This document shows, in pieces, positions 26,850 through 36,048 of a stretch of DNA of 53,465 nucleotides (position 1 is its first letter; each line of letters begins with the position of its first letter). The notes beneath the pieces are model-generated. The model had not been told where the DNA came from and searched no databases. It saw only the letters and a list, made by a program, of their open reading frames with translations. Source of the DNA: a virus (Duplodnaviria > Caudoviricetes); IMG/VR virus record IMGVR_UViG_3300025083_000042, positions 1 through 53,465 of that record, one strand, 5' to 3'. The position numbers and the translations under genes were made by a program.

Positions 26850-28421
26850 ATGGCAAAGTACGCTAGTAACGACCAAAAAAACTTTAAAATTGGTATAAGT
26901 TCTTTTAGTGACAACAAAACTTCGTTAGAAGTTATTGGTCGCGTTGGTATCAACAGTTCTAGTGCAAAATCAGCATTGGATGTAGCCGGTTCAGTGAATG
27001 TATCGGATAGTTTATCCGTAACTGGTCTCTCTACATTTACTGGTATTGGTACTTTTGTCGGTGATTTATATGTTGGTGGAGACTTAAATGTTGTTGGTGA
27101 CCTCGTATATGATGAGGTTACTGGTAGAAATCTTAATATAACTGGTGTTGCGACAGTCGGCACGGCATTTACTGTCAATGGACCTTCTAATTTAGTTGAT
27201 ACTTTTGTATCTGGTGCTCTTACTGCAACCACATTTACTGGTGCTGGTACTGGACTGACGGGTATTACTAGTGCAACGAATGCAACTAATATCTACGGTG
27301 GAGCGACAGGTCAGCTATTATATCAAGCCCAACCGGGTATAACATCTGCATTTGAAAATGGAACTACTGGTCAAGGCCTTTTCTCTAGAGGTACAGGTCA
27401 ACCTCCACAATGGTTAGCAGCTGCACCTTCAGGTGCTATTGAAGGTCTTCTCCTATTTGACGAAGGTGCAGTAGTTGGTGGAGGAATAACATATTCAGGT
27501 CTTGATTTTAGAGGACTTGATGTAACTGCAACTGGTGGTAATAATGGTGGTATCGCCACAATCACTGTCGCACAACAGTCATTTGTAACACTTGCAGGTA
27601 TTGCAACGAATGTTATTGGTGGTATTGCTTCAGTTACTCAACTGAATGTAAATGCTGGAGTATCTTCATTCGCAGACTTTAAGATTACGTCGTCTGGTGT
27701 AGGTGCAACAGTTGGAACATCTGCAGGTATTACGACATATTATGGTAGTGGTACTGAACTAACCGGTATTGTCACTTCTATTGTTGCTGGAGCTAATATT
27801 TCAGTTAGTAGCTCAACAGGCCAAGTAACAATTATTGGTCTTGCCAATACTGCAAATGTCTCGGCAGAAACATTAGTTGTTAGTGGTATTTCAACACTTG
27901 GTATCATTACTGGTGCTGAATCTCTGGGTGTTGGTACTGTATATGCGACTAATATTGTTGGTGGGACTGCAACATTCGGTGATGATGTGTCCGTTGGTGG
28001 CACTTTCAATGGTAGTAATGCTATTTTTTCTGGAAATGTCACCATTGGTGGTACTTTAACCTATGAGGATGTAGCTAGTATAGACGCTGTTGGTTTTGTA
28101 ACTGCCAGGACTGGGTTGAATGTTGGTTATACCACTGGACCATCTGGTATTGGTGTTACTGTTCTTCCTGACGGTAGTGGAGTCTTTGCTGGTATATTAA
28201 CAGCACAAAACCTTGATGTTGTTACCGAATTAAACGTTGGTTCTGCTACATCACAATTTACGGTTGTGTCATCTGGTTCCACCATTATGGTTGGAATTGG
28301 TACCACAAATCCACTCCATACTTTGGATGTTAGGGGTGATACCAACATTGAAGGTAACCTAACAGTCAACAATAACACTATCCCTTCATTAGCAATGGTA
28401 ATTGCTCTTGGTGGACTTTAA
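26850..28421 (+). CDS. Tail fibre protein (523 aa)
   Basis: G/T/V-rich; GDLVYDEVTGRNLNITGVAT block shared with 22677..26498; VGIGTTNP motif. Confidence 0.75.
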   Translation: MAKYASNDQKNFKIGISSFSDNKTSLEVIGRVGINSSSAKSALDVAGSVNVSDSLSVTGLSTFTGIGTFVGDLYVGGDLNVVGDLVYDEVTGRNLNITGVATVGTAFTVNGPSNLVDTFVSGALTATTFTGAGTGLTGITSATNATNIYGGATGQLLYQAQPGITSAFENGTTGQGLFSRGTGQPPQWLAAAPSGAIEGLLLFDEGAVVGGGITYSGLDFRGLDVTATGGNNGGIATITVAQQSFVTLAGIATNVIGGIASVTQLNVNAGVSSFADFKITSSGVGATVGTSAGITTYYGSGTELTGIVTSIVAGANISVSSSTGQVTIIGLANTANVSAETLVVSGISTLGIITGAESLGVGTVYATNIVGGTATFGDDVSVGGTFNGSNAIFSGNVTIGGTLTYEDVASIDAVGFVTARTGLNVGYTTGPSGIGVTVLPDGSGVFAGILTAQNLDVVTELNVGSATSQFTVVSSGSTIMVGIGTTNPLHTLDVRGDTNIEGNLTVNNNTIPSLAMVIALGGL

Positions 28422-28438
28422 TAAATAACTAAAAAGTA
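28421..28438 (+). repeat. Late promoter-leader module ATAAATAACTAAAAAGTA; exact copies also at 31268, 32741, 34099, 43999; variants at 36024, 37500, 41803, 42290, 47175
   Basis: Direct comparison of intergenic sequences; each copy lies just upstream of a fibre-array ATG. Confidence 0.9.
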
Positions 28439-28446
28439 TTAATACA

Positions 28447-28974
28447 ATGGCGGAGTCATTTAACAATAAACTGACATCATCAGCTGGGATTGTGACAACA
28501 ACGACAGTTGCTAGTATTGGTGCTGCTGGAACTACTATTAGTGGTATATCTACTAATGGCATATCCGTTGGTGATATGGTTGATACCACGTTCTTTAGAG
28601 GTGCGACGAAAGTATATTCTATTGGTGCTGGTTCAGTTCTTGTGGATAAGGCCTCCACAAATAATTCAATCGCAGCTAATCAGAATATAACCTTTATGGG
28701 TCTTACAACTGCATATACTGCATCGGGGAAATCAATTCTTGTCGGTGGTACTTTTGCAAATCTTACAGGTAACTCTGTAAATCTATTTGTTGAGATTGGT
28801 ATTGGAAACACTTTTGCGAATATTGCAAATGACATTCCGGTTCCAACTGGAAGTTCTTTTGTTATTAGTGATGCCGGTAAGACAATTTTAAGACCTAATG
28901 AAGAAATTAGGGTCTATTGTGATACTGCAAACGCATTAGATGTAAGTCTTAGTATTTTAGAAGGAGTTGCCTGA
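28447..28974 (+). CDS. Fibre-associated protein (175 aa)
   Basis: YTA...IPVPTGSS..ISDAGKTIL...LDVSLSILE; own late promoter. Confidence 0.65.
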   Translation: MAESFNNKLTSSAGIVTTTTVASIGAAGTTISGISTNGISVGDMVDTTFFRGATKVYSIGAGSVLVDKASTNNSIAANQNITFMGLTTAYTASGKSILVGGTFANLTGNSVNLFVEIGIGNTFANIANDIPVPTGSSFVISDAGKTILRPNEEIRVYCDTANALDVSLSILEGVA

Positions 28975-29702
28975 TGTTAGGTAATAACGGGTATCTAGGT
29001 CGTAACCCAGGAGATTCATCAGTAATTGTTGCTCGTCAGGTATTCAACCCTACGGGTGTTCAAACTTCATTTGTTTTTGCGACAAAATATCAAATTGGAT
29101 ATCTTGAAGTATATCTAAACGGTGCGAAACTGATTTCAAGCCAAGATTATAATGGAACAGACGGAACAAATATCACATTTACAACTCCAGTTCAAGGTGG
29201 AGATGTAGTAGAAGCAATATCTTATAAAGCATTTAACGCAGTCATCCCAACAGATGCACCTGGCAATTTCACTGTTGGAGGTAATTTAATAGTAGAGGGT
29301 GATACTGAACTGGTTTCTGGTATATCTACTAGATTTATCTCTGCAGTTGGTATTCAGTCTGGTGGTAATCAGATTGGTACTGGTATCACAACCATAAACT
29401 TTATTGGTGTTGGTAATACTGTTACTGTCAATGGTACAACTGTTGATGTCAGTATTGAAAGTGGTGCGTCTGGTGTTGGTACTGCTATTAAGTATTCAGA
29501 TAATACTAAAAGTCCATTCAGTTATATCAATGCCACTACATATGTAACTGAAAACATCGTACTTGATACGACAAATGCGGGTAATGACCACTCCTATGTC
29601 GTCGTTCAAGAGCCAAGAATTATCGTTCAAACTGGTGTAGCTGTCACTGTGGGTCTTGGCAAAACCCTTGTAACTGACTTATATCAGTTGGGTGACCTCT
29701 GA
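28974..29702 (+). CDS. Fibre adaptor-like protein, paralogue of 42314..42865
   Basis: QTSF...Y..G.LEVYLNG.KL...DY..TDGT and GIQSGG..IG...TTINF.G.GNTVT shared with 42314 gene. Confidence 0.65.
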   Translation: MLGNNGYLGRNPGDSSVIVARQVFNPTGVQTSFVFATKYQIGYLEVYLNGAKLISSQDYNGTDGTNITFTTPVQGGDVVEAISYKAFNAVIPTDAPGNFTVGGNLIVEGDTELVSGISTRFISAVGIQSGGNQIGTGITTINFIGVGNTVTVNGTTVDVSIESGASGVGTAIKYSDNTKSPFSYINATTYVTENIVLDTTNAGNDHSYVVVQEPRIIVQTGVAVTVGLGKTLVTDLYQLGDL

Positions 29703-29727
29703 TAAATACAATTAAAAGATATTAACA

Positions 29728-31092
29728 ATGTCAGCAATTAATGTAAATTCTATTACAGGTAGGACTGGTACTCACGGACCAGTGCTGACGGGTGTGACTA
29801 CCGCCACGAATGGGTTGCATGTTGGTTCTGGTGTTTCTGTATCTGGTATATCAACATTTAATAATACTGTTGTTGGGGGAGCCACAACTGAACTAGTTGT
29901 TGGTGGTGACGCAAGAATTACTGGCATCCTGACTGTTGGTCAGAGTTCGGTTACTATTAGTGGTGATGGTATTTCTGGTATTACAACTGCTGGTATTACA
30001 ACAGCTTATGTAACTTCAATTAATGACTTAAACTTCCCTACTGCTGGGGCGTTAAGTAACAGGAACCTCATAATTAATGGAGCGATGCAGATAGCGCAGA
30101 GAGAGACTAGCGTTGGTGGTAATACAGGTAACGGTTATACAACGCTAGACCGGATGGGCTTATTTCAGAATTTAGGTGGCTTAAATATTTCTCAATCATC
30201 AGAAGCGCCCAGTGGTTTCTATAACTCAATTAAATATGAAGTTGACTCGACTGGAAGTGCCGTCAACAGTACTATTGTCACTCCTCACCAAATAGTTGAA
30301 GGTTATTCAATTGCTCATTTAAATTGGGGTAGTTCTGATGCACAAAGTGTTACTTTTAGTTTTTGGGTACGTTCAAGCATAACTGGAACTTATGGTGCTT
30401 GGATTAGAAACGCTGCTGAAACTAGATATCAGCCGAAAGAGTTTACTGTTACTTCCGCCAATACTTGGGAAAAGAAAATACTAACATTTACTGGCGAAAC
30501 CTCCGGAACTTGGGATGTAACAAACGGACGAGGCCTAGCCATAGGTATTTGCCTTGATGCAGGGTCAAACCGCTACGGTACTGCCGACACTTGGAATACT
30601 TCTGGTGATGCGTTCACAACGTCTAATCAGACTAATTTTATGGCTAACTCTGGTGCAACTTTTTACCTTACCGGCGTCCAATTGGAAGTAGGAACTAGAG
30701 CCACGCCGTTTGAACATCGTAGTTATGGTGATGAGTTAGCTAAGTGTCAGAGATACTACTGGCAAATTCAAAATCCGAATGGGACTAATAATTCCTTCGG
30801 TTGGTTAGGCACGTCATACGGTAATGGTAATAGTGCCTACGTTCCTATTCATTTTGTAACTTCAATGAGGACTCGTCCATCACTTGCAATGGGCGGAAGT
30901 TGGAGAACACGGGCTACCAATATTAATAATTTTACTGGTGATTGGAATACTCATGGGAGTGGCTCACCTGAAAGCATGATAGTTGCTAAATCTGGAGCAG
31001 GTAATCTTCCGGCCAATACAGTTTATTGGTTGGAAGCCGCAAACCAGACTGGGGAGACCCGAGCATTTCTAAAACTCAATTCGGAACTTTAA
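29728..31092 (+). CDS. Tail fibre protein with putative carbohydrate-binding domain (cassette 1)
   Basis: NRNLIINGAMQIAQR ... VQLEVGT.ATPFEHRSYGDELAKCQRYY anchors. Confidence 0.75.
   Translation: MSAINVNSITGRTGTHGPVLTGVTTATNGLHVGSGVSVSGISTFNNTVVGGATTELVVGGDARITGILTVGQSSVTISGDGISGITTAGITTAYVTSINDLNFPTAGALSNRNLIINGAMQIAQRETSVGGNTGNGYTTLDRMGLFQNLGGLNISQSSEAPSGFYNSIKYEVDSTGSAVNSTIVTPHQIVEGYSIAHLNWGSSDAQSVTFSFWVRSSITGTYGAWIRNAAETRYQPKEFTVTSANTWEKKILTFTGETSGTWDVTNGRGLAIGICLDAGSNRYGTADTWNTSGDAFTTSNQTNFMANSGATFYLTGVQLEVGTRATPFEHRSYGDELAKCQRYYWQIQNPNGTNNSFGWLGTSYGNGNSAYVPIHFVTSMRTRPSLAMGGSWRTRATNINNFTGDWNTHGSGSPESMIVAKSGAGNLPANTVYWLEAANQTGETRAFLKLNSEL
30703..30758 (+). repeat. 56-nt exact direct repeat (second copy 32167-32222)
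   Basis: ACGCCGTTTGAACATCGTAGTTATGGTGATGAGTTAGCTAAGTGTCAGAGATACTA in both genes. Confidence 0.9.
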
Positions 31093-31094
31093 TT

Positions 31095-31271
31095 ATGACA
31101 ACCACTTATAGACTTCTACGGCAACTTGATGGCGACATCATCAGCGTCATGAAAAACGTTGATGGTCAGCCATCATGGTGTATCCCGTTTGACCCAGACA
31201 ACACCGACTATCAAGAATATCTTGAGTGGGTAGCAGAAGGTAACGAACCACTACCTGCTGACTCTGAATAA
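31095..31271 (+). CDS. Small fibre-assembly chaperone-like protein (58 aa)
   Basis: IP.DPDNTDYQEYLEWVAEGNEP motif directly after the fibre gene. Confidence 0.7.
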   Translation: MTTTYRLLRQLDGDIISVMKNVDGQPSWCIPFDPDNTDYQEYLEWVAEGNEPLPADSE

Positions 31272-31285
31272 ATAACTAAAAAGTA
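31231..31285 (+). repeat. 55-nt exact direct repeat (second copy 32704-32758) spanning gene end, stop and late promoter
   Basis: TAGCAGAAGGTAACGAACCACTACCTGCTGACTCTGAATAAATAACTAAAAAGTA. Confidence 0.9.
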
Positions 31286-31290
31286 TTGAG

Positions 31291-32577
31291 ATGTCAAAAA
31301 TACAAGTTAATGAAATCGTCAATCACTTTGACAATGGTGCTCCAGACTGTCCTAGAGGACTAACAGTCACTGGTGTATCGACTTTCAGTGGTAGTGTATC
31401 CATTGGCGGTACTTTAACGTATGAAGATGTAACTAATATAGATTCCGTTGGTATTATCACTGCACAACAGGGTTTAGATGCTCCTACAGATCTAGTATTA
31501 AGAACTGGTGGTACAGAAAGACTTCGTGTAACTTCTGCCGGTATCACATCAATTACTGGTTCTCTTGAGGTTAATGGTAACAACTATCCTGCTACTGGGG
31601 CATTAAGTAATAGGAACCTCATAATTAATGGAGCGATGCAGGTGGCGCAGAGAGGCACTAGCCAAACAGCTGCTGCGTATGGAAGTATTGATCGCTGGTA
31701 TTCGGGTCTTTCTGGTGCCACAATAACTATGTCGCAAGAAAGTTTTACCTTAGGTCAAACAGATGTTCCGGGAGCTAATAAATATTTAAAATCAAGTGTA
31801 ACTACAGGTAATAATAATTCAGGCATCTATTACAAGATTGAGGCTCAAGATGCGTTTCCTGCTATCAACAATGACGTTACACTTTCTTATTACGCTAAAG
31901 GTGTTTCACCTACCAGTGGGCTACAGGTTGGCATTAAGTGGTTTGATGGTTCCAGTGCTTCTGCCATAGCAAGTGAATCAGTAACTCTCACTGCTAGCTG
32001 GGTTAAATACACTCATACATTTACTGTTCCTAGTATCAGCGGATTAACAATGACCAACGAGTCGGCATACTTAGAAGTGGCCTGGCAACAGAAAAATTCG
32101 GATACAGGCACAGCCGCGTATGAAGTAAATTTGGCGCAAGTCCAATTAGAAGTAGGCACTAAAGCTACGCCGTTTGAACATCGTAGTTATGGTGATGAGT
32201 TAGCTAAGTGTCAGAGATACTATGAAACATCTTATCCAACTGGGTATGGGGAAGGTCATGACTTTGACGAAGTATATCCGTTTGCAACATCCAAACCTCT
32301 GGCTTTTAATTTTATTGCAAGTGATGACACAATTAGTGCACAATCTTGCCGGTTTAAAGTTAATAAAAGAGCCAATGCTACAGTAAGGCTTTATAGCGCA
32401 AAAGATGGCACATTAAATAAAGCTTTTACCTATAAAGGAACTGGCGCCAATGCGAGCAATGTTAATATCGCAGTTGTCAATCCGTCTCAAGATCATACCC
32501 TGATATCTACATCCCTTGGGGCTGTTAATCAATGTAATGAATCTTACTTCCACGTTGTTGCCGAATCAGAACTATGA
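31291..32577 (+). CDS. Tail fibre protein (cassette 2), paralogue of 29728..31092
   Basis: Same two anchors, divergent sequence between them. Confidence 0.75.
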   Translation: MSKIQVNEIVNHFDNGAPDCPRGLTVTGVSTFSGSVSIGGTLTYEDVTNIDSVGIITAQQGLDAPTDLVLRTGGTERLRVTSAGITSITGSLEVNGNNYPATGALSNRNLIINGAMQVAQRGTSQTAAAYGSIDRWYSGLSGATITMSQESFTLGQTDVPGANKYLKSSVTTGNNNSGIYYKIEAQDAFPAINNDVTLSYYAKGVSPTSGLQVGIKWFDGSSASAIASESVTLTASWVKYTHTFTVPSISGLTMTNESAYLEVAWQQKNSDTGTAAYEVNLAQVQLEVGTKATPFEHRSYGDELAKCQRYYETSYPTGYGEGHDFDEVYPFATSKPLAFNFIASDDTISAQSCRFKVNKRANATVRLYSAKDGTLNKAFTYKGTGANASNVNIAVVNPSQDHTLISTSLGAVNQCNESYFHVVAESEL

Positions 32578-32744
32578 ATTATCAACTTGTTTACGATCAA
32601 CGCTCACAAGCCATCAATCCAGCTGTTGTCTTAAGAACTACAGATGGTTCTTGGATTCCTTGTTCTCCAAAGAACACCGACTATCAAGAATATCTTGCCT
32701 GGCTAGCAGAAGGTAACGAACCACTACCTGCTGACTCTGAATAA
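32574..32744 (+). CDS. Small fibre-assembly chaperone-like protein (56 aa; not in ORF track)
   Basis: Manual translation MNYQLVYDQRSQAINPAVVLRTTDGSWIPCSPKNTDYQEYLAWLAEGNEPLPADSE; paralogue of 31095..31271. Confidence 0.75.
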   Translation: MNYQLVYDQRSQAINPAVVLRTTDGSWIPCSPKNTDYQEYLAWLAEGNEPLPADSE

Positions 32745-32764
32745 ATAACTAAAAAGTAGATAAA

Positions 32765-34099
32765 ATGTCAAGAGCTCGTAATCTAGCCGGTTTTGGTTCA
32801 GCTATTACCAGTGCAGAAAATGCAGTCAATATCCGAGTAGGGTTTTTGACTGCTAGTTCATACTTTGGTGACGGTTCCGAGTTAACTGGAACTCCGGGTG
32901 GTCTTGGCACTTCCCTATTGGCTACGGACCTTACCAGTCCATTGAATAAGATATATTATACGAATGCAAATCTTTCGATTGCATCTACGATTACTGTAGA
33001 CCCACCAGAATCTGCATCAGCTGCATATACACAATACACTGATATTGTAATGCAAGGTGACGCTGATTTGATTATTGGTGATGGTGATGAGTTTATTCCT
33101 GATATTTTAGGTATTGGTACATTTGTTGATATGCCCGGTGTTCTTTCGGGTGGTAATAGTAAAGTCAGAGCAGACAATTATACAAATAAGAAAGGAACTG
33201 GTGCTGCATATGTTCCTTATGGTCTCGCAGTACCTGTTGGTACAGCAGTATCAGTTGGTTATGGAACTGAAGCAACTCCAGGTATAGTTGGTGTTGATAC
33301 AACGACTGGAATATTCTTCCCTTCTGCTGGTGAGATTGCAGTTACTAATAGTGGGTCTGAAAAATTAAGAGTTACAAGCACTGGTTTAGGTATTGGTACT
33401 GATAATCCTGCTAATAAATTGTCTCTTAGAGAATCTGGGTTTTGTGGAATTGACATTCAAACAGAACGACAAGGTTCTGGTGATACTATTGGTGGACTAA
33501 GATTCCTTAATTCTGCAGGAACCAGTCAGGCAAATATTTATGGAAAAATTGGTAATATATTACTTTTTGAAACAGCTGGAGAGGAAAGACTTCGCATCAC
33601 TGGTGGTCAGGTTCAAGTAAGTACTGGCAGTACGTTACAATTAGGTGATACAACTGCTAGTAATAATGTTGTTTATAACTATGAGAATGTTGGTGGTGGT
33701 CTTATCCAAAAATACTATGTAATTGACAGCTTAAATTCTGGTCAATTGACAAGATTTACATTTACTGGAACTAATAGAAAATGTTGTATGATTACAATTA
33801 ATGCTGTTGGATCTTGGGCAGCATCTAATACTGCAAGTAATCATGTTGCAGCACAGTTTGTATCTAGAGTCTTTACCGATAGTTCTGGTAATTCATCTGA
33901 TAATTCAACAGTGACTACACCATTTGCATATACTTACAGTACCGGTAGTTATGCATTCAATAATGCTGGTAGTTTTGGATATAGTATTGATATTACAAAT
34001 CCAACTGGTGATGATGGAGTTAAATTCTCTTATGAAATTATTTTACAGAATGCTAGAATTGATTCACAACATAGATTAACGGCTTCATCTACTGCCTGA
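32765..34099 (+). CDS. Tail fibre protein (444 aa)
   Basis: MSRARNLAGF start, EKLRVTS/ERLRIT and GIGTDNP repeats. Confidence 0.7.
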   Translation: MSRARNLAGFGSAITSAENAVNIRVGFLTASSYFGDGSELTGTPGGLGTSLLATDLTSPLNKIYYTNANLSIASTITVDPPESASAAYTQYTDIVMQGDADLIIGDGDEFIPDILGIGTFVDMPGVLSGGNSKVRADNYTNKKGTGAAYVPYGLAVPVGTAVSVGYGTEATPGIVGVDTTTGIFFPSAGEIAVTNSGSEKLRVTSTGLGIGTDNPANKLSLRESGFCGIDIQTERQGSGDTIGGLRFLNSAGTSQANIYGKIGNILLFETAGEERLRITGGQVQVSTGSTLQLGDTTASNNVVYNYENVGGGLIQKYYVIDSLNSGQLTRFTFTGTNRKCCMITINAVGSWAASNTASNHVAAQFVSRVFTDSSGNSSDNSTVTTPFAYTYSTGSYAFNNAGSFGYSIDITNPTGDDGVKFSYEIILQNARIDSQHRLTASSTA

Positions 34100-34123
34100 T
34101 AAATAACTAAAAAGTATAAAACC

Positions 34124-35683
34124 ATGGGTCTGAGTTTAAGAGGAACTACATCTGGTGCGGTTGATATCAATGCACCAGCAGTCGCAGGTGATAATACTAT
34201 CACATTGCCAGGTACCAATGGTGCTGCTAATCAGTTCTATAAGAACAGTGGAACCGCTGGGATTGTAACTTATTCTTCAATGGTTGAAGATAGTAGTGGT
34301 AACGTAGGGATCGGAACTGATAATCCAACAACGGAGCTCCAAGTTAATCATGCGACTAATGAATGCACAATCTCATTGTTCAATGCTGGAACGAAAAAGG
34401 CAGCACTTCAGGCACAAAATAGTTTTGGAACAATATTGTATTCATATGATGATGAACCAATTATCTTTAGTGTTGCTTCTGGAACATCTTATTCAGAAAA
34501 ACTTCGTATAACTTCTGATGGATATGCTCGTTTAACAACAGCAAACGCTAGATTAGAATGGACAGCATCATCTGGTAGTAATCCTTTTATTAGATCTATT
34601 GGTTCTGGTCAACAAGAATTAGAATTCAATACTGGTAGTAATGAAAGACTTCGTATAACTTCTGCTGGTAAAATTCAAGTTACTGGTACTCGTGGTGGAT
34701 CTTTGCAAGCAAGTGATAATGATTCACTTGAACTTTATACTGCAAGTGCATCTAGTAGTGTTAATAGAGGATCAGGAATAACTTTCTACAATCACGATGG
34801 CAGTGGTTATGAAATGGGTGGAACCATTCAGGTTGCGAAAGAAAATGGGACTGCCGACAATACATCTTCGTATATGCGTTTTGCGACTCGATCAAATGGT
34901 TCAGACGCTACGGAACGGATGAGGATTACATCTGCTGGTTTTGTTGGTATAAATGAGACAAGTCCTGATACACAACTTCATATTAAAGCTGCATTCTCTC
35001 AAAATGATGCCAATGGTCATCTAAAAATTGAAAATACTCAAGCAGTTACTAACTCGGGATCTAATGCTAGTCTTGTTATAAGAAGTCATAATGCTACTTC
35101 ACAGTTTATGAATTGGCAAGCCAATGGGATGAGAATTGGTCAAAGAATTATTCACAACAGCAGTACCGGCAATTTATACTTTACCGCTGGCAATGATACT
35201 GTTCGCTTGACCATTGATGCTTCTAATGGAAACTTCACTGGTAGTTCTAGTGCTGATATTTCTGATGGTAGATTAAAAGAAAATATACAAGATATTGGTG
35301 CAAGTGATGCAGTAACTATTATTAAGGGACTTCAGGGAAGGACTTTTACCTGGAAAGAAGAAGCAAAAATGGGGACTGATACAAAGTATGGATTTATTGC
35401 TCAAGAGGTAGAAACTGTAATACCAAATCTTGTTCATCAAAATATGGGCATTAATCGAGTTTCGACTGCAGCAACTACACAAGGTTATGGGCAAGGCGAA
35501 ATTATTGATGATTATAGTGATGCATATAGAGATGATACACAATCTGAGTGGTCTAAATCTGTAGAGAAGACGGGGATTATTCCCGTTTTGGTTGAGGCAT
35601 TGAAGGATGCGCTTTCAAAGATCGAAACCCTTGAAACACAAAACGCTGACCTATTGACGAGAGTTACTGCACTTGAAGGTTGA
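34124..35683 (+). CDS. Tail fibre with C-terminal intramolecular chaperone (peptidase S74-like) domain
   Basis: SDGRLKENI...GFIAQEVE...LVEALKD then coiled coil; ERLRIT repeats. Confidence 0.85.
   Translation: MGLSLRGTTSGAVDINAPAVAGDNTITLPGTNGAANQFYKNSGTAGIVTYSSMVEDSSGNVGIGTDNPTTELQVNHATNECTISLFNAGTKKAALQAQNSFGTILYSYDDEPIIFSVASGTSYSEKLRITSDGYARLTTANARLEWTASSGSNPFIRSIGSGQQELEFNTGSNERLRITSAGKIQVTGTRGGSLQASDNDSLELYTASASSSVNRGSGITFYNHDGSGYEMGGTIQVAKENGTADNTSSYMRFATRSNGSDATERMRITSAGFVGINETSPDTQLHIKAAFSQNDANGHLKIENTQAVTNSGSNASLVIRSHNATSQFMNWQANGMRIGQRIIHNSSTGNLYFTAGNDTVRLTIDASNGNFTGSSSADISDGRLKENIQDIGASDAVTIIKGLQGRTFTWKEEAKMGTDTKYGFIAQEVETVIPNLVHQNMGINRVSTAATTQGYGQGEIIDDYSDAYRDDTQSEWSKSVEKTGIIPVLVEALKDALSKIETLETQNADLLTRVTALEG
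34643..34669 (+). repeat. 27-nt coding repeat GAAAGACTTCGTATAACTTCTGCTGGT (exact at 34643, 36235, 36814, 43067; variants at 31516, 33584, 34496, 36532, 47375, 47684)
   Basis: Direct sequence comparison; encodes ERLRITSAG. Confidence 0.9.
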
Positions 35684-35694
35684 TAATAAATACT

Positions 35695-35739
35695 TACGCC
35701 TAAACCTGTTTAATTCGGAGGATTTTCCTAATGGCACTT
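35695..35739 (+). repeat. 45-nt leader/start repeat, 1 mismatch (second copy 37442-37486)
   Basis: TACGCCTAAACCTGTTTA(A/G)TTCGGAGGATTTTCCTAATGGCACTT. Confidence 0.9.
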
Positions 35740-36018
35740 ACTGAAAGATTTGAAAACGACAAGATTGAAGTCGTTGGTACATATAAAGCAGTACAAGTAC
35801 GTAGAGCAGAAATTATTGAGAAGGATGGTGTAGAAGTTGCACGTTCTTTCCATCGTCATGCACTGTCATGTGGTTCACTTGATGAAAGTGATAACTTTGT
35901 TGACACAGATATCAGTGGTGAAGATGCTGATGTACAAGCAATTTGTAATGCTGCATGGACACAAACAGTGAAAGATGCATACAAGGCATTCTTGATTGCA
36001 AACAAACCAGCCGAATAA
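35731..36018 (+). CDS. Small fibre-associated protein (95 aa)
   Basis: GGAGG SD and late promoter at 35686; acidic protein following a fibre gene. Confidence 0.75.
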   Translation: MALTERFENDKIEVVGTYKAVQVRRAEIIEKDGVEVARSFHRHALSCGSLDESDNFVDTDISGEDADVQAICNAAWTQTVKDAYKAFLIANKPAE

Positions 36019-36048
36019 GTTCAATAAATACCTAAAAAGTAGATAGAC

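Noticed and set aside
31026-31094. Track start for the 81-aa ORF, and ORF 32516..32716
   Set aside because: Paralogy and spacing favour ATG 31095 and the different-frame ORF 32574..32744
29728-32758. Paralogous fibre ends as a DGR template/variable repeat pair
   Set aside because: No reverse transcriptase in the window; differences are not adenine-specific and both copies are coding
34643-34669. ACTTCGTATAA core of the 27-nt repeat resembles a loxP arm
   Set aside because: No inverted second arm or 8-bp spacer, fully coding (RLRIT), and no recombinase in the window; likely coincidence
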